From a virus, in IMG/VR virus record IMGVR_UViG_3300025154_000069, positions 15,080 through 79,079 of that record: a stretch of DNA of 64,000 nucleotides; one strand, 5' to 3'. The position numbers and the translations under genes are program-made. Below the pieces are notes generated by a model. That model did no database searches and was not told the origin of the DNA. It worked only from the letters and a program-made list of their open reading frames with translations. Of this stretch, positions 46,532 to 55,665 are shown one piece after another (position 1 is the first letter of the stretch; every line of letters starts with the position of its first letter).

Positions 46532-49306
46532 ATGACTTCATATGAAGATAAATTCGTTCCTTTTTTAGCAGTAACCCCAAACAAGCAATTTTTCAATTTA
46601 TTTCAAAGAGCCGGGGTTAAGAATATCCTTATTTCCTACTACTACATAAAAAAGAATCCAAGTCTTGCAAGAGATTTTATGGATTATGCTTCCTCGGTTG
46701 GTGGACTTGTTATGGTTGACTCCGGGGTTTTTACTTTATATGCCGAGAAAAAGGTGAGGGAGGATGATGAGTACCTTAAATTCCTTGAAGAGTATGTTAG
46801 GTTCCTACACACAGATAAGAACAGAATTTTCTCTGCCTGTAACTTCGATATGGATATACTTTTCGGGTATGATAAAATAGATAAATGGAACGAAAAATTC
46901 TTTGAGCCGTTAGAAGGGGATATTAACATCATATATGCGGTGCATCCGATTGGCAACCACAACCCGCTAACACGATTTAAGGAATACTCAGAAAAATATA
47001 AGTATTTAGCTATAAACGAGGATTTAACCAAATATGCACAAAGTATTTATCAGTTAGCTAAGAGAACGGGAACCAATATACATGGGTTAGCATGGACTAA
47101 ACCTACTTATTTAAAGCAGTACCCATTCTTCTCGGTCGATAGTGTTACAGGAGATTCTGTTGTAGACATTCAAATTGATGGGGTATCTATGAGTATACCT
47201 ATTGAAGAGTTATATAGGTTTTTTTCTCCAACAGCAGTAGAAAATTCTAAGGGTCAATTTGTGACTAATCCGGACAATGTAAATGCTTTAACCCTAAATA
47301 AAGACAATAAACTTATATGGTCTAAACTTTCCGGTGTTCTTATGCATGCAGTAAAAAAAGAGATGTTTAAAATCACCTTGGAGGGAAATATAAGTATTGA
47401 TGTAACCTCTGACCACTCTTTAATTTCTATGGATAAAGATGGGTTACTTTATGAACTTAAACCCAACAGCTTAACTACTGATAGTTTTTTGCTGTATAAA
47501 AAATTTTCCCCCAATAAAAATAGCGATGTTCCTTTCATAGATTTTACAATAGACCCTAAAAAATACAGTCACATAGCTGGGGAGCACAGAGTTGTTCTCG
47601 ATGAGATATTTCTTAATTTTCTTGGGTATTGGGTTGGAAATGGGCATTTTGATAAAGGAAATATTTGTATTTCCGGGTATCAGTATTCGGAGGTCGCCAA
47701 AATTATTGAGCGAATAGCAGAGAGATATGAAAGAACGGTTAACATAAGGGATAATGGTATAGATTGCTATATAAGCTGTACTTGGTTAGCAACCCTTATG
47801 CGGCATATGGGATTTTTAAGTGGTTCAGCTAACAAAAGTATTCCAAACATTATTTTTACTTTATCTACCAAACAAATTTGTTGGTTTTTAAAGGGATATT
47901 ATTCTGCTGATGGTAGTGGCTATTCTGCAAGTTGTTCAACAATATCTAAATCTTTATCTCTTGATTTGTCCACTATTTTAAGTAACTTAGGGATAATATT
48001 CAGCCTAAGTAAAAAAGAGGGTAAGATAGGCGGGTATAGTAGTGGAAAAAGCACTCTATACACTATAAGTATAGTAGACACCAATAGTAAAAAGGTATTC
48101 TTAGAAAAAATAGGCTTCCTACAGGATTACAAGACAAAGATTATTGGGGATGAGATAGCAAAAAGGGTGGGTAAGAATCAGGTATGGAGTAAAAAATTAG
48201 GTGTTCCCAAGGTACTATCTCTTAAAGGCAATATAAAGCATAAAAAGTATTCTGCATCAATTAGCTCTATAAAAGGTTGGAGAATAAATAGAGAAAATAA
48301 CAGAGGATTTTTTTCTGATAAAGTGTTGGACTCAGATGTTCTATTTCTTAAAGTAGTAGCTATTGATAAGTATGTTCCCGATGATGATATATTGGTATAT
48401 GATCTTTGTGTTCCGGAGACAGAAAACTTTATAGCTAACGGTGTTGTAGTGCATAACAGCTCTTCTTGGGTAGGCTATCAAAAGTACGGCTCTACTGTTT
48501 ACTTTGATGGGAAGGAGTTTTATCAGTATGATAACAAGAAAAAAGATATACGGAAGAGCTTGCGCCCATACTGTATTAAGTATGGTGTTAAATTTTATGA
48601 GTATGTTAATGAAAAAGATGAAAAGACGGGGGCGCACAATGATGGCGAAGGATTGACGTTTTCTATAAAAAGTTGGCTTGAAGTGTTGGAATCTATCAAA
48701 AAAATTGCTAATTTTAAACTAAAAACAAAAATCAAGGACATGATAAAGAATGATAAGCTCGTTGAATCCGTCACAGACTCGGAAGAGGATGATGAAGAAG
48801 GTATGAGCCTGAGTGAGGCGGTTGCCACTACAGAAAGCGGTGCAGCAGCTTATGAGTTGGTTATAGCAAAAGATGTAATTTCTTATGACAATATTCCAAA
48901 TACGCATAAGAACATTATGCTATGTAATTCCTGCATGGTTTCAGATGTATGTCCGTTCAAGGTTGAAAATTCCACATGCAGAATAGATTTTAATCCCACG
49001 AATGACAGCTTAAAAGACCCGTTTACTTTGTTAGACTACATTATCGAAAAGCAGACAGAGAGGGTAAACAGAACTTTGTTCATGGAGAAACTCGAAGGGG
49101 GTTCAACGAATAGAGCTTATACTTCTGAATTAAGATTTTTGGAAGAGTTGCTAACTACCAAGGCCGATCTAATTATTAAAACAAAAACCAAGTCTATAAG
49201 GCTTACGCAGTCTTTAGAGGTTACTGAAATTAATGCCGAATCGGGGGAAAAATCTCAATCTGGTGGTGGGTTTGTTCAAATGTTACAAAACATGCTAAAT
49301 AAATAA
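46532..49306 (+). CDS. DpdA-like (TGT-fold) DNA 7-deazaguanine transglycosylase, intein-split, with C-terminal Cys4 and helical domain
   Basis: ILISY, VDSGVFT, NFD, IHGL; FSVD|SSSW after splicing; adjacent to queC, queD, queE. Confidence 0.8.
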   Translation: MTSYEDKFVPFLAVTPNKQFFNLFQRAGVKNILISYYYIKKNPSLARDFMDYASSVGGLVMVDSGVFTLYAEKKVREDDEYLKFLEEYVRFLHTDKNRIFSACNFDMDILFGYDKIDKWNEKFFEPLEGDINIIYAVHPIGNHNPLTRFKEYSEKYKYLAINEDLTKYAQSIYQLAKRTGTNIHGLAWTKPTYLKQYPFFSVDSVTGDSVVDIQIDGVSMSIPIEELYRFFSPTAVENSKGQFVTNPDNVNALTLNKDNKLIWSKLSGVLMHAVKKEMFKITLEGNISIDVTSDHSLISMDKDGLLYELKPNSLTTDSFLLYKKFSPNKNSDVPFIDFTIDPKKYSHIAGEHRVVLDEIFLNFLGYWVGNGHFDKGNICISGYQYSEVAKIIERIAERYERTVNIRDNGIDCYISCTWLATLMRHMGFLSGSANKSIPNIIFTLSTKQICWFLKGYYSADGSGYSASCSTISKSLSLDLSTILSNLGIIFSLSKKEGKIGGYSSGKSTLYTISIVDTNSKKVFLEKIGFLQDYKTKIIGDEIAKRVGKNQVWSKKLGVPKVLSLKGNIKHKKYSASISSIKGWRINRENNRGFFSDKVLDSDVLFLKVVAIDKYVPDDDILVYDLCVPETENFIANGVVVHNSSSWVGYQKYGSTVYFDGKEFYQYDNKKKDIRKSLRPYCIKYGVKFYEYVNEKDEKTGAHNDGEGLTFSIKSWLEVLESIKKIANFKLKTKIKDMIKNDKLVESVTDSEEDDEEGMSLSEAVATTESGAAAYELVIAKDVISYDNIPNTHKNIMLCNSCMVSDVCPFKVENSTCRIDFNPTNDSLKDPFTLLDYIIEKQTERVNRTLFMEKLEGGSTNRAYTSELRFLEELLTTKADLIIKTKTKSIRLTQSLEVTEINAESGEKSQSGGGFVQMLQNMLNK
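47141..48457 (+). mobile_element. Intein with LAGLIDADG homing endonuclease (439 aa)
   Basis: Starts SVTGDS; block B VTSDHSL; FLGYWVGNG and FLKGYYSADG; VYDL...NFIANGVVVHN then +1 Ser. Confidence 0.92.
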
Positions 49307-49310
49307 ACTA

Positions 49311-50006
49311 ATGGAAAAAGAATACAAGGGTAAAACAGTAGTCCTGCTATCAGGAGGCCAAGATAGTACAACAGCACTATTACAAGCACTTGATGAAGGA
49401 TTTTTGGCACATGCGGTTATTATTGACTATGGCCAAAAACATTCAGTTGAAATATCAAAAGCTATTGAAATTTGTAAGGAGATAGCTGTTGATTTTACGG
49501 TAGTCAATGTAAGTAGAATCTTATCGGTTCTTAACACTGCACTAACTAATGATAGCATAGATGTCTCAGAAGTTGGGGATAACGGGCTCCCAAAAACATT
49601 TGTTCCTAACAGAAATCACTTATTCATACTCATAGCCGATATGATTGCTCAGAGCAAAGGATTTGATTCGGTAACTATAGGTGTTAGTGCAGTTGATTAT
49701 TCTGGCTATCCGGATTGCAGACCTGAGTTTATAGATGCTATGTCAAAGGCTTTATACGAGGGTAACTTGAAAGAGAGGAAGATAAGAACCCCACTTATTA
49801 AACTGTCGAAAGCCGAGACTTTTAAGCTTGCTGACGATTTGTTTGAGCTCGATTTTATCCTTGAGAATACACATACGTGTTATAATGGCGACAGATTACA
49901 CAGAAATATTTGGGGATATGGGTGTGGTGAATGTCCTGCTTGTAAGCTTAGAGAAAAGGGGTTCTATGAGTTCTTATTAATGAAGGAAAAGGATGAGACT
50001 GTCTAA
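49311..50006 (+). CDS. queC: 7-cyano-7-deazaguanine (preQ0) synthase
   Basis: SGGQDS, YGQKH, FVPNRN, YPDCR, TCY, CGECPAC. Confidence 0.95.
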   Translation: MEKEYKGKTVVLLSGGQDSTTALLQALDEGFLAHAVIIDYGQKHSVEISKAIEICKEIAVDFTVVNVSRILSVLNTALTNDSIDVSEVGDNGLPKTFVPNRNHLFILIADMIAQSKGFDSVTIGVSAVDYSGYPDCRPEFIDAMSKALYEGNLKERKIRTPLIKLSKAETFKLADDLFELDFILENTHTCYNGDRLHRNIWGYGCGECPACKLREKGFYEFLLMKEKDETV

Positions 50007-50373
50007 GGCTTTGGAAGAAGAGCAATCTATGTTTTTTCCTGATGTTATTAACGGGATAGAGATGCACCTTAAAGGAATTGTGTACTGCGTATGTCCTGTA
50101 AAGAAAGATTTAGACAGGTTTGTATTCATGATAGACTTTATGCCCGGGAGCTCGCATGGTTATCCTGAGTTCGGTGTTTTAGAGAAGTTTTTGGAGGGGT
50201 TTAAAGATAAGGAACTTGGGATGGAGGCAACATGTAGCAGCATAGTTGAGTACCTATTGAAAATAAAACCTTCCAGACTATATGTTTCAATAAGCTCAAG
50301 CCACGTTACAAGGGTTATGGATGCTGTGGTAGATTTTCTTTATGAGCACACAAACTATAAAAAGAACTATTAA
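49993..50373 (+). CDS. QueF-like (QueF-L) T-fold protein
   Basis: VCPVKKDLD keeps the catalytic C/D spacing; conserved Glu (GME); lacks the QueF E(S/L)K(S/A)hK motif. Confidence 0.7.
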   Translation: MRLSKALEEEQSMFFPDVINGIEMHLKGIVYCVCPVKKDLDRFVFMIDFMPGSSHGYPEFGVLEKFLEGFKDKELGMEATCSSIVEYLLKIKPSRLYVSISSSHVTRVMDAVVDFLYEHTNYKKNY

Positions 50374-50385
50374 ATTTTAGCAGGT

Positions 50386-50844
50386 ATGGATATTAACAAC
50401 TTAATAGGTTCCTCATCATCGAGGAAAAGATCAGGGGTAGAAAAGAACTACAAACCTTTTGTGCACGATTTGACATTAGGCAGGAATTATGAGGTATTCG
50501 ATAACTTAAACACGGTGCAGTATAAGGCTGCATTTTTGATTTTACTCGGTAAGGTTACTGATGAAGAAGGTGTAAAAGTTTCGGAGGTTATCAGAATGCT
50601 ATCTTCTGGAAAATCCGGGATAAAACAGGCCGATAAAATTGTTGCTTTGTATAACTACTTCAAAAATGCAGACCATGAGATTATGTATAATATACTGAAC
50701 TCATTTGCAGAGAAGGAATATGTTACCAATATGATAAGGGTACTGTCGGTTTATGCTATCTTTTATGACTTTGATTTCGATAACTTCTGTGTATCATTTG
50801 CAGGGTATCAGAAGGAAGCTATTTTAAAATATAAAAACAGGTAA
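50386..50844 (+). CDS. Hypothetical protein within que cluster
   Basis: Tightly packed between the queF-like gene and queD. Confidence 0.6.
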   Translation: MDINNLIGSSSSRKRSGVEKNYKPFVHDLTLGRNYEVFDNLNTVQYKAAFLILLGKVTDEEGVKVSEVIRMLSSGKSGIKQADKIVALYNYFKNADHEIMYNILNSFAEKEYVTNMIRVLSVYAIFYDFDFDNFCVSFAGYQKEAILKYKNR

Positions 50845-50846
50845 TT

Positions 50847-51308
50847 ATGGGATATAAGTATTTTCCTTCTATTTCGAGGGATTTTAGGTTTGAGATGGCT
50901 CATGCCTTAACGGATCACCCCGGACTTTGTGCGCATATTCACGGTCACTCTTACAAGCTAAGGATAGAGGTGTCAAGGATTAATGAGCCTTTGGGTGCTA
51001 ATGGTATGGTCGAAGATTTTTCTGACCTTAACGAATTTATACAGGGTAAGGTAGTCCGTTCGTTAGATCATTCTTTAATGATACAAAAGGGTTCGATTTA
51101 TAATAAGCTCTTTGAAAAGGTTATTGACTACTATCCAAACCCTCTTATGGATAGAATACATGTAGTTGATTTTAACCCTACTGCCGAAGGAATGGTTAAG
51201 TATATAAAGGAGCAGATAGAGGGCACACTTTCATACAGGGGTTTGGTTTGTAGAAGTATTACATTGTGGGAGACTGAAAATAATTTTGCTACACTAAAAA
51301 ATGGATAA
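50847..51308 (+). CDS. queD: 6-carboxytetrahydropterin synthase
   Basis: FEMAH, C..IHGHSY, DF, LDH, PTAE, WET. Confidence 0.95.
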   Translation: MGYKYFPSISRDFRFEMAHALTDHPGLCAHIHGHSYKLRIEVSRINEPLGANGMVEDFSDLNEFIQGKVVRSLDHSLMIQKGSIYNKLFEKVIDYYPNPLMDRIHVVDFNPTAEGMVKYIKEQIEGTLSYRGLVCRSITLWETENNFATLKNG

Positions 51309-51954
51309 AAAAATATTCACTCAGCTTGAGTTTGTAATTCAAGGAGAAGGTAGGCACTCAGGGGTTCCTATGCTATTGGTTAGATTCAGAGGATGCAATT
51401 ATGAATGTGTATTCTGTGATACAGATGTTAATGGAAAAGCTCAGTATTCCATGAATGACTTTGTTAGGGCTATGGATAGCAACGATAGGGTTAGATGGGT
51501 AATGATAACGGGGGGAGAGCCGAGCTTATACCCTGACAGGGTATTGGAGATGGTGGCTATGGCACACACAAGAAAAAAGAAGGTTGCGGTTGAGAGCAAC
51601 GGAACAGGAAATTTACCGGAGAGTATAGATCATCTTAGCATATCACCAAAGTTCAGCAATGCAGGAGAAAGATATTCGGTTAATAATTATCTTGACATTG
51701 ATTTTGAGAGAAAATTGGAGAGCTTTGGGGATAAGGTAGATTTGAAGTTTGTTGTTTCGGATAAGGATGAGACGATGTTGAAGGACATACGTACTTTGCT
51801 TCTTTTGATGGATATTAATTTCCCAAGAGGTAGGGTTTATCTTATGCCAGAAGGTCACATGAGGGGTGAGAGCTTCAATGCCAATAAACGATTTGCAATT
51901 AAGGAGTGTATACGGATGGGCTACACCTTTACAGACAGGGTTCATATTTTCTAA
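51301..51954 (+). CDS. queE: 7-carboxy-7-deazaguanine synthase (radical SAM)
   Basis: IQGEG, CNYECVFCDT, TGGEP, ESNG, SPK. Confidence 0.95.
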   Translation: MDKKIFTQLEFVIQGEGRHSGVPMLLVRFRGCNYECVFCDTDVNGKAQYSMNDFVRAMDSNDRVRWVMITGGEPSLYPDRVLEMVAMAHTRKKKVAVESNGTGNLPESIDHLSISPKFSNAGERYSVNNYLDIDFERKLESFGDKVDLKFVVSDKDETMLKDIRTLLLLMDINFPRGRVYLMPEGHMRGESFNANKRFAIKECIRMGYTFTDRVHIF

Positions 51955-51966
51955 ACTTAAATACTT

Positions 51967-52500
51967 ATGGAAGAGTTAAAAAAAGAATTAATAGAGGCTA
52001 TTAACAGGAAAAATTTCATCTTTAAGAGTGGGGTGTTTGTGATAAAGTTCAAGCACACTTTTATTGGATATGTTAAGGATAAAAAAGCCTCTCCGATAAC
52101 TTATGATGCATTTGTGCACGTTTTGGATGAGGTAAATGACAAGATAGGGGAAATGTACTCACTCGAAGAGTTTATATCTAAATTCGATTATGGGTATAAC
52201 CATGTTCTTGAAGCAATAGATTACATTGGAACGCTCCCCGCAGGTACAGAATCGCAGATAACGGTTTCCGAGACGTACAAAGATTACCTTGATTCCCCAC
52301 TCGAAATAATTGGGGAGGATGAGGTGCATCTTGGAACCATTGGCAAAGCTAAAAATGAAGAAACGGGGGAAACAATTATTACGTTCTTATCTTCCGACAA
52401 TTCCATAGCAACACTTACGGTTATCAACAGTGATAATGACGGCAAGGCAGACCTAAAACTTATATCGGATAAGTTACTTGAATACATTGATAAGATATAG
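51967..52500 (+). CDS. Hypothetical protein
   Basis: ORF. Confidence 0.6.
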   Translation: MEELKKELIEAINRKNFIFKSGVFVIKFKHTFIGYVKDKKASPITYDAFVHVLDEVNDKIGEMYSLEEFISKFDYGYNHVLEAIDYIGTLPAGTESQITVSETYKDYLDSPLEIIGEDEVHLGTIGKAKNEETGETIITFLSSDNSIATLTVINSDNDGKADLKLISDKLLEYIDKI

Positions 52501-52502
52501 TT

Positions 52503-52721
52503 ATGATAAGAGCTATTATTAACATATTGGTAATACTTAGCAAATACAGGGCTTTGAGTAAGGTAGACGAACTTTTCAAAAAAGAAATTGATCTATCGGA
52601 TGATGATGCTAAACTTTGTATAGGAATGTCGGTTATTTATGAAGCTCTGCATGAACCAACAAAAATTTTGAAGAAAGAGTTGAGGGCATATGAAAAAATA
52701 ATTGATAAAAATAAGGTCTAA
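52503..52721 (+). CDS. Hypothetical protein
   Basis: ORF. Confidence 0.5.
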   Translation: MIRAIINILVILSKYRALSKVDELFKKEIDLSDDDAKLCIGMSVIYEALHEPTKILKKELRAYEKIIDKNKV

Positions 52722-52770
52722 TTAAAAATAAAATTTTATTACTTTTACACATAACTAAAAATTTATTGAG

Positions 52771-53214
52771 ATGCCTAAAGTAGAAAAAATTGAAAAAAGC
52801 GGAAGCTCGATCGTAACAAATATTGAGAAATCTTCCGGATTGATGCGAGATGTGTGGCTTGTATTATATGCTATTCACGCTGACGAACATGTTAAAGAAG
52901 TACAACCATCGGTGATAAAAGAAGCAGGAAAGAAGATCGAGGTTATCTACGTCATTTTTGAGAGAAAGGTGTTTGATATACCAGAAGAAGCAAAAAAATT
53001 CGGGATAAAGGACACAAATGAGTTTATCATTGCTGCTGTTCACAATTATTGGGGAGAGGGTAGAGATGATATAAAAACTGTTGAGGTTGCAGGAAAGCTG
53101 TACAAAACTCAAAAGACAACAGGTATAAAAACGACTATCCTTCACAAAGGAACCCCGAAAGCAATGACAACTATTCAGTTTATAAAAATGCCAACAGATG
53201 AAGCTAATTCCTGA
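52771..53214 (+). CDS. Hypothetical protein
   Basis: ORF after a TACTTTTA promoter-like box. Confidence 0.6.
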   Translation: MPKVEKIEKSGSSIVTNIEKSSGLMRDVWLVLYAIHADEHVKEVQPSVIKEAGKKIEVIYVIFERKVFDIPEEAKKFGIKDTNEFIIAAVHNYWGEGRDDIKTVEVAGKLYKTQKTTGIKTTILHKGTPKAMTTIQFIKMPTDEANS

Positions 53215-53503
53215 TTTTGACATAAAGGAAAAGGTTGTAATACAGGCTGAACAAGAAAGGGAGTACAAGATGATTGGCTCCCTTAGAAAAAAGCCCGGGC
53301 AAATACTATTTGAATACAACCCGGAAACGAAAGAGGTTAAAGTTGCCGAGATTTTATCGGAGATACAGCTAAATATAATGACAGAAAAGGCGAAGGGTAA
53401 GCATAAGACCAACTTTAATAACGGCTGTGTTTACTTTTTTGCTTTAAATCTTAAAAACGCACAACGAAAGGTAGGAATCTATGACAAGTATTACACTAAA
53501 TAA
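53198..53503 (+). CDS. Conserved phage hypothetical protein
   Basis: IGSLRKKPGQILFEYN...ALNLKNAQRK. Confidence 0.6.
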   Translation: MKLIPDFDIKEKVVIQAEQEREYKMIGSLRKKPGQILFEYNPETKEVKVAEILSEIQLNIMTEKAKGKHKTNFNNGCVYFFALNLKNAQRKVGIYDKYYTK

Positions 53504-53858
53504 GGGGTGGCTCATCACAGTCATTATTATTTTCCTTACATGCATGGTTTTATTCGGTGTTTGGGTTAAGGAAAAATCATTCTATGTTAAGGAGCTAAAA
53601 GAGTCTTATAGGTTATCAGACAGCCTAAGAACCGATGCAAATGAAAAGAGTGTTAGAACTAAGTTCATAATCGACTCTTTAAACTCTGAGTATGTTAAGC
53701 TGAAAGACAGGCTTACAATATCTGAATATGTGGTACAAAATTTAAACAAAGAATTATCTATACTTGAACGAGAAAGGAGGGAAACCAATGAAGAAATTAG
53801 TAATTATCCTGATTCCGTTATTATTCGTATTTTCGAGGAGCTATACCCAAGAAAATAA
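53481..53858 (+). CDS. i-spanin-like protein
   Basis: N-terminal TM plus coiled coil; overlaps the next gene. Confidence 0.55.
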   Translation: MTSITLNKGWLITVIIIFLTCMVLFGVWVKEKSFYVKELKESYRLSDSLRTDANEKSVRTKFIIDSLNSEYVKLKDRLTISEYVVQNLNKELSILERERRETNEEISNYPDSVIIRIFEELYPRK

Positions 53859-54189
53859 GTACTGTATAACGCTAAAACAGTTAAGGGAGATTGTGCTTAG
53901 AACCGAGCAAGCTAAATTTGATTCTGCCGAGATCGCTATGTTGAAGAAAAAATGTGATGCTTTGATACTACAAAAAGAAATTTTGGGGGAGATGAACAGT
54001 AATTTAGTTATTCAAAGAGATACAATAAAAGGAAATTTTGATCGACTTAACAAGGTGATCGAGGAGCAACATAAAACCATAACACTGTATAATGACAGCT
54101 TCGATGAATACAGGGGAAGGCAAAAATGGATAACGGGGTCAACCGGGTTACTTTTAGTTACTATTTTAACACTACTTATAATAAAATGA
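53788..54189 (+). CDS. Spanin-partner-like protein (signal peptide, coiled coil, C-terminal hydrophobic tail)
   Basis: MKKLVIILIPLLFVFSRSYTQ signal; overlaps the preceding gene. Confidence 0.5.
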   Translation: MKKLVIILIPLLFVFSRSYTQENKYCITLKQLREIVLRTEQAKFDSAEIAMLKKKCDALILQKEILGEMNSNLVIQRDTIKGNFDRLNKVIEEQHKTITLYNDSFDEYRGRQKWITGSTGLLLVTILTLLIIK

Positions 54190-54659
54190 GAGTAGAAGAA
54201 AAATACAAACTCGAACTATATTCTAATGAGGGGTTGGAGCTAAACAAGAAGATACGAAAGTATTTTGCTGTTGACTACTTCTCTCCCGGAGATTTTATAG
54301 AGCTTGGATTTTTTGACGTTCGTGGAAGGGTGCACACATATTGGTTTAATATCCAATACATCTATGAGGACAACTCTTTTTTAGGTAAATGCATGACTTT
54401 CGGAACATCAAAATCGGTAGATGTCAATTATGGTGATCTATACAGGATGCTTGTGTGCGATTTTACCTCTCTCACGTTTACGGCTACAGGAATAAAATAC
54501 ACCATCTTAAATTCGGGTATTCTTGAAAAAAGAAACATGCGGATATTGAAGGTGGCTCATGGTAAGCAAGAAACCCTTATAGAATTTAGAGATACCGATG
54601 GTTTTACGTTACTTAAACAAATATTAAAAGATAAAATAAAATGTCAGAAAGCAAAGTAA
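54186..54659 (+). CDS. Hypothetical protein
   Basis: Coupled ORF (ATGA). Confidence 0.55.
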   Translation: MRVEEKYKLELYSNEGLELNKKIRKYFAVDYFSPGDFIELGFFDVRGRVHTYWFNIQYIYEDNSFLGKCMTFGTSKSVDVNYGDLYRMLVCDFTSLTFTATGIKYTILNSGILEKRNMRILKVAHGKQETLIEFRDTDGFTLLKQILKDKIKCQKAK

Positions 54660-54850
54660 AAGTCTTAGCTGCTTCTATAGAGATATTGACTGAGTTAGCA
54701 AAGAAGGAAATTATTACTTCTGAATGTGCTCATGAGGTCATTCATTCTACATTTCAAAAGCTAAGAAACGAGGGAACAATAGATGATTGTAAATTTGATG
54801 ATCTTACCTATTTCATGGGTAGCTTTGTTACATCTGTTTCTTTGGTGTAG
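54641..54850 (+). CDS. Hypothetical protein
   Basis: ORF. Confidence 0.5.
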   Translation: MSESKVKVLAASIEILTELAKKEIITSECAHEVIHSTFQKLRNEGTIDDCKFDDLTYFMGSFVTSVSLV

Positions 54851-54862
54851 GATGAGGAACCG

Positions 54863-54944
54863 GCGGAGGAGGAGCAGATTGGAGTTCTGTATAGTGGTGC
54901 GTTAGCTAACCGATACTATTGTTGTAATGACAGCATGCCTCCGC
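54863..54944 (+). ncRNA. Putative structured RNA (four-way junction, tRNA-sized)
   Basis: Closing stem GCGGAGG/CCTCCGC with three internal hairpins; intergenic and GC-rich; no TTC T-loop. Confidence 0.45.
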
Positions 54945-55042
54945 TTATTTATCTTTAGATGGTTTTTACGGGCTAATAGAATAAGGTTTATATTAAGTAG
55001 CTCATTTTCAATAAATCTTATTATCTTTAAATAAAAATTACT

Positions 55043-55360
55043 ATGATTAATTATAACGACTTTGACTTGGGTAAAAGATACGATGTGTTTGAAGAGATCA
55101 TATCCTTTCTTGGTGGCGACCCGGTAGATGATAATGATGTTTGGGATGAGGCCAAAGAGAGCAAAGAAATACCTGTGTTTGAAAACATTCTGTTGAAACA
55201 AACTTTAGAGCGTATAGAGAAACTTACAGAATCTAATTTTTATGGTAGGTACGAGAAGCTCCATTACTTTATAAATGCTTCCGACACTCATCTGTACATC
55301 AATGATGAAGAGGTTAGCACACTTACAGAGTTTAAAGAAAAGATGGGGGTATGGGAATAA
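55043..55360 (+). CDS. Hypothetical acidic protein
   Basis: ORF after a TATCTTTA box. Confidence 0.6.
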   Translation: MINYNDFDLGKRYDVFEEIISFLGGDPVDDNDVWDEAKESKEIPVFENILLKQTLERIEKLTESNFYGRYEKLHYFINASDTHLYINDEEVSTLTEFKEKMGVWE

Positions 55361-55665
55361 TCAGAGCCTTAATAAACATGGTTACTGCACTTATAATCTG
55401 TTTTTCGATTATAGTGCTATCTATCATAATCGGGGAGTATTTTTCAACACAGAGCAAAGAGAAAGAATTTATGAACTCAGAATTTAAGTACATCGAGGTA
55501 AAAGAGAAAGACGGGGATGAGGTAGTCAAAAGGGTAGATGTTTCTACAAAGAGCTACGGGATGGTATTGAAACAGGAATCAAAAATAAACATGGAACTCA
55601 ACCACAGAGAGTTTTATACTGAACTTGTAGAATCAAAAACAGAGCTTGAAAAAATCGAGGAGTGA
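55351..55665 (+). CDS. Hypothetical protein (alternative start 55471)
   Basis: ORF. Confidence 0.5.
   Translation: MGIIRALINMVTALIICFSIIVLSIIIGEYFSTQSKEKEFMNSEFKYIEVKEKDGDEVVKRVDVSTKSYGMVLKQESKINMELNHREFYTELVESKTELEKIEE

Noticed and set aside
46532-51954. Queuosine tRNA-modification (auxiliary metabolic) interpretation
   Set aside because: No QueA/QueG or canonical tRNA genes in the window, and the TGT-fold protein is the divergent phage type; DNA modification is more parsimonious.
54863-54944. Canonical tRNA gene
   Set aside because: Lacks U8, the TTCRA T-loop, a 7-nt anticodon loop and CCA; kept only as a structured-RNA candidate.
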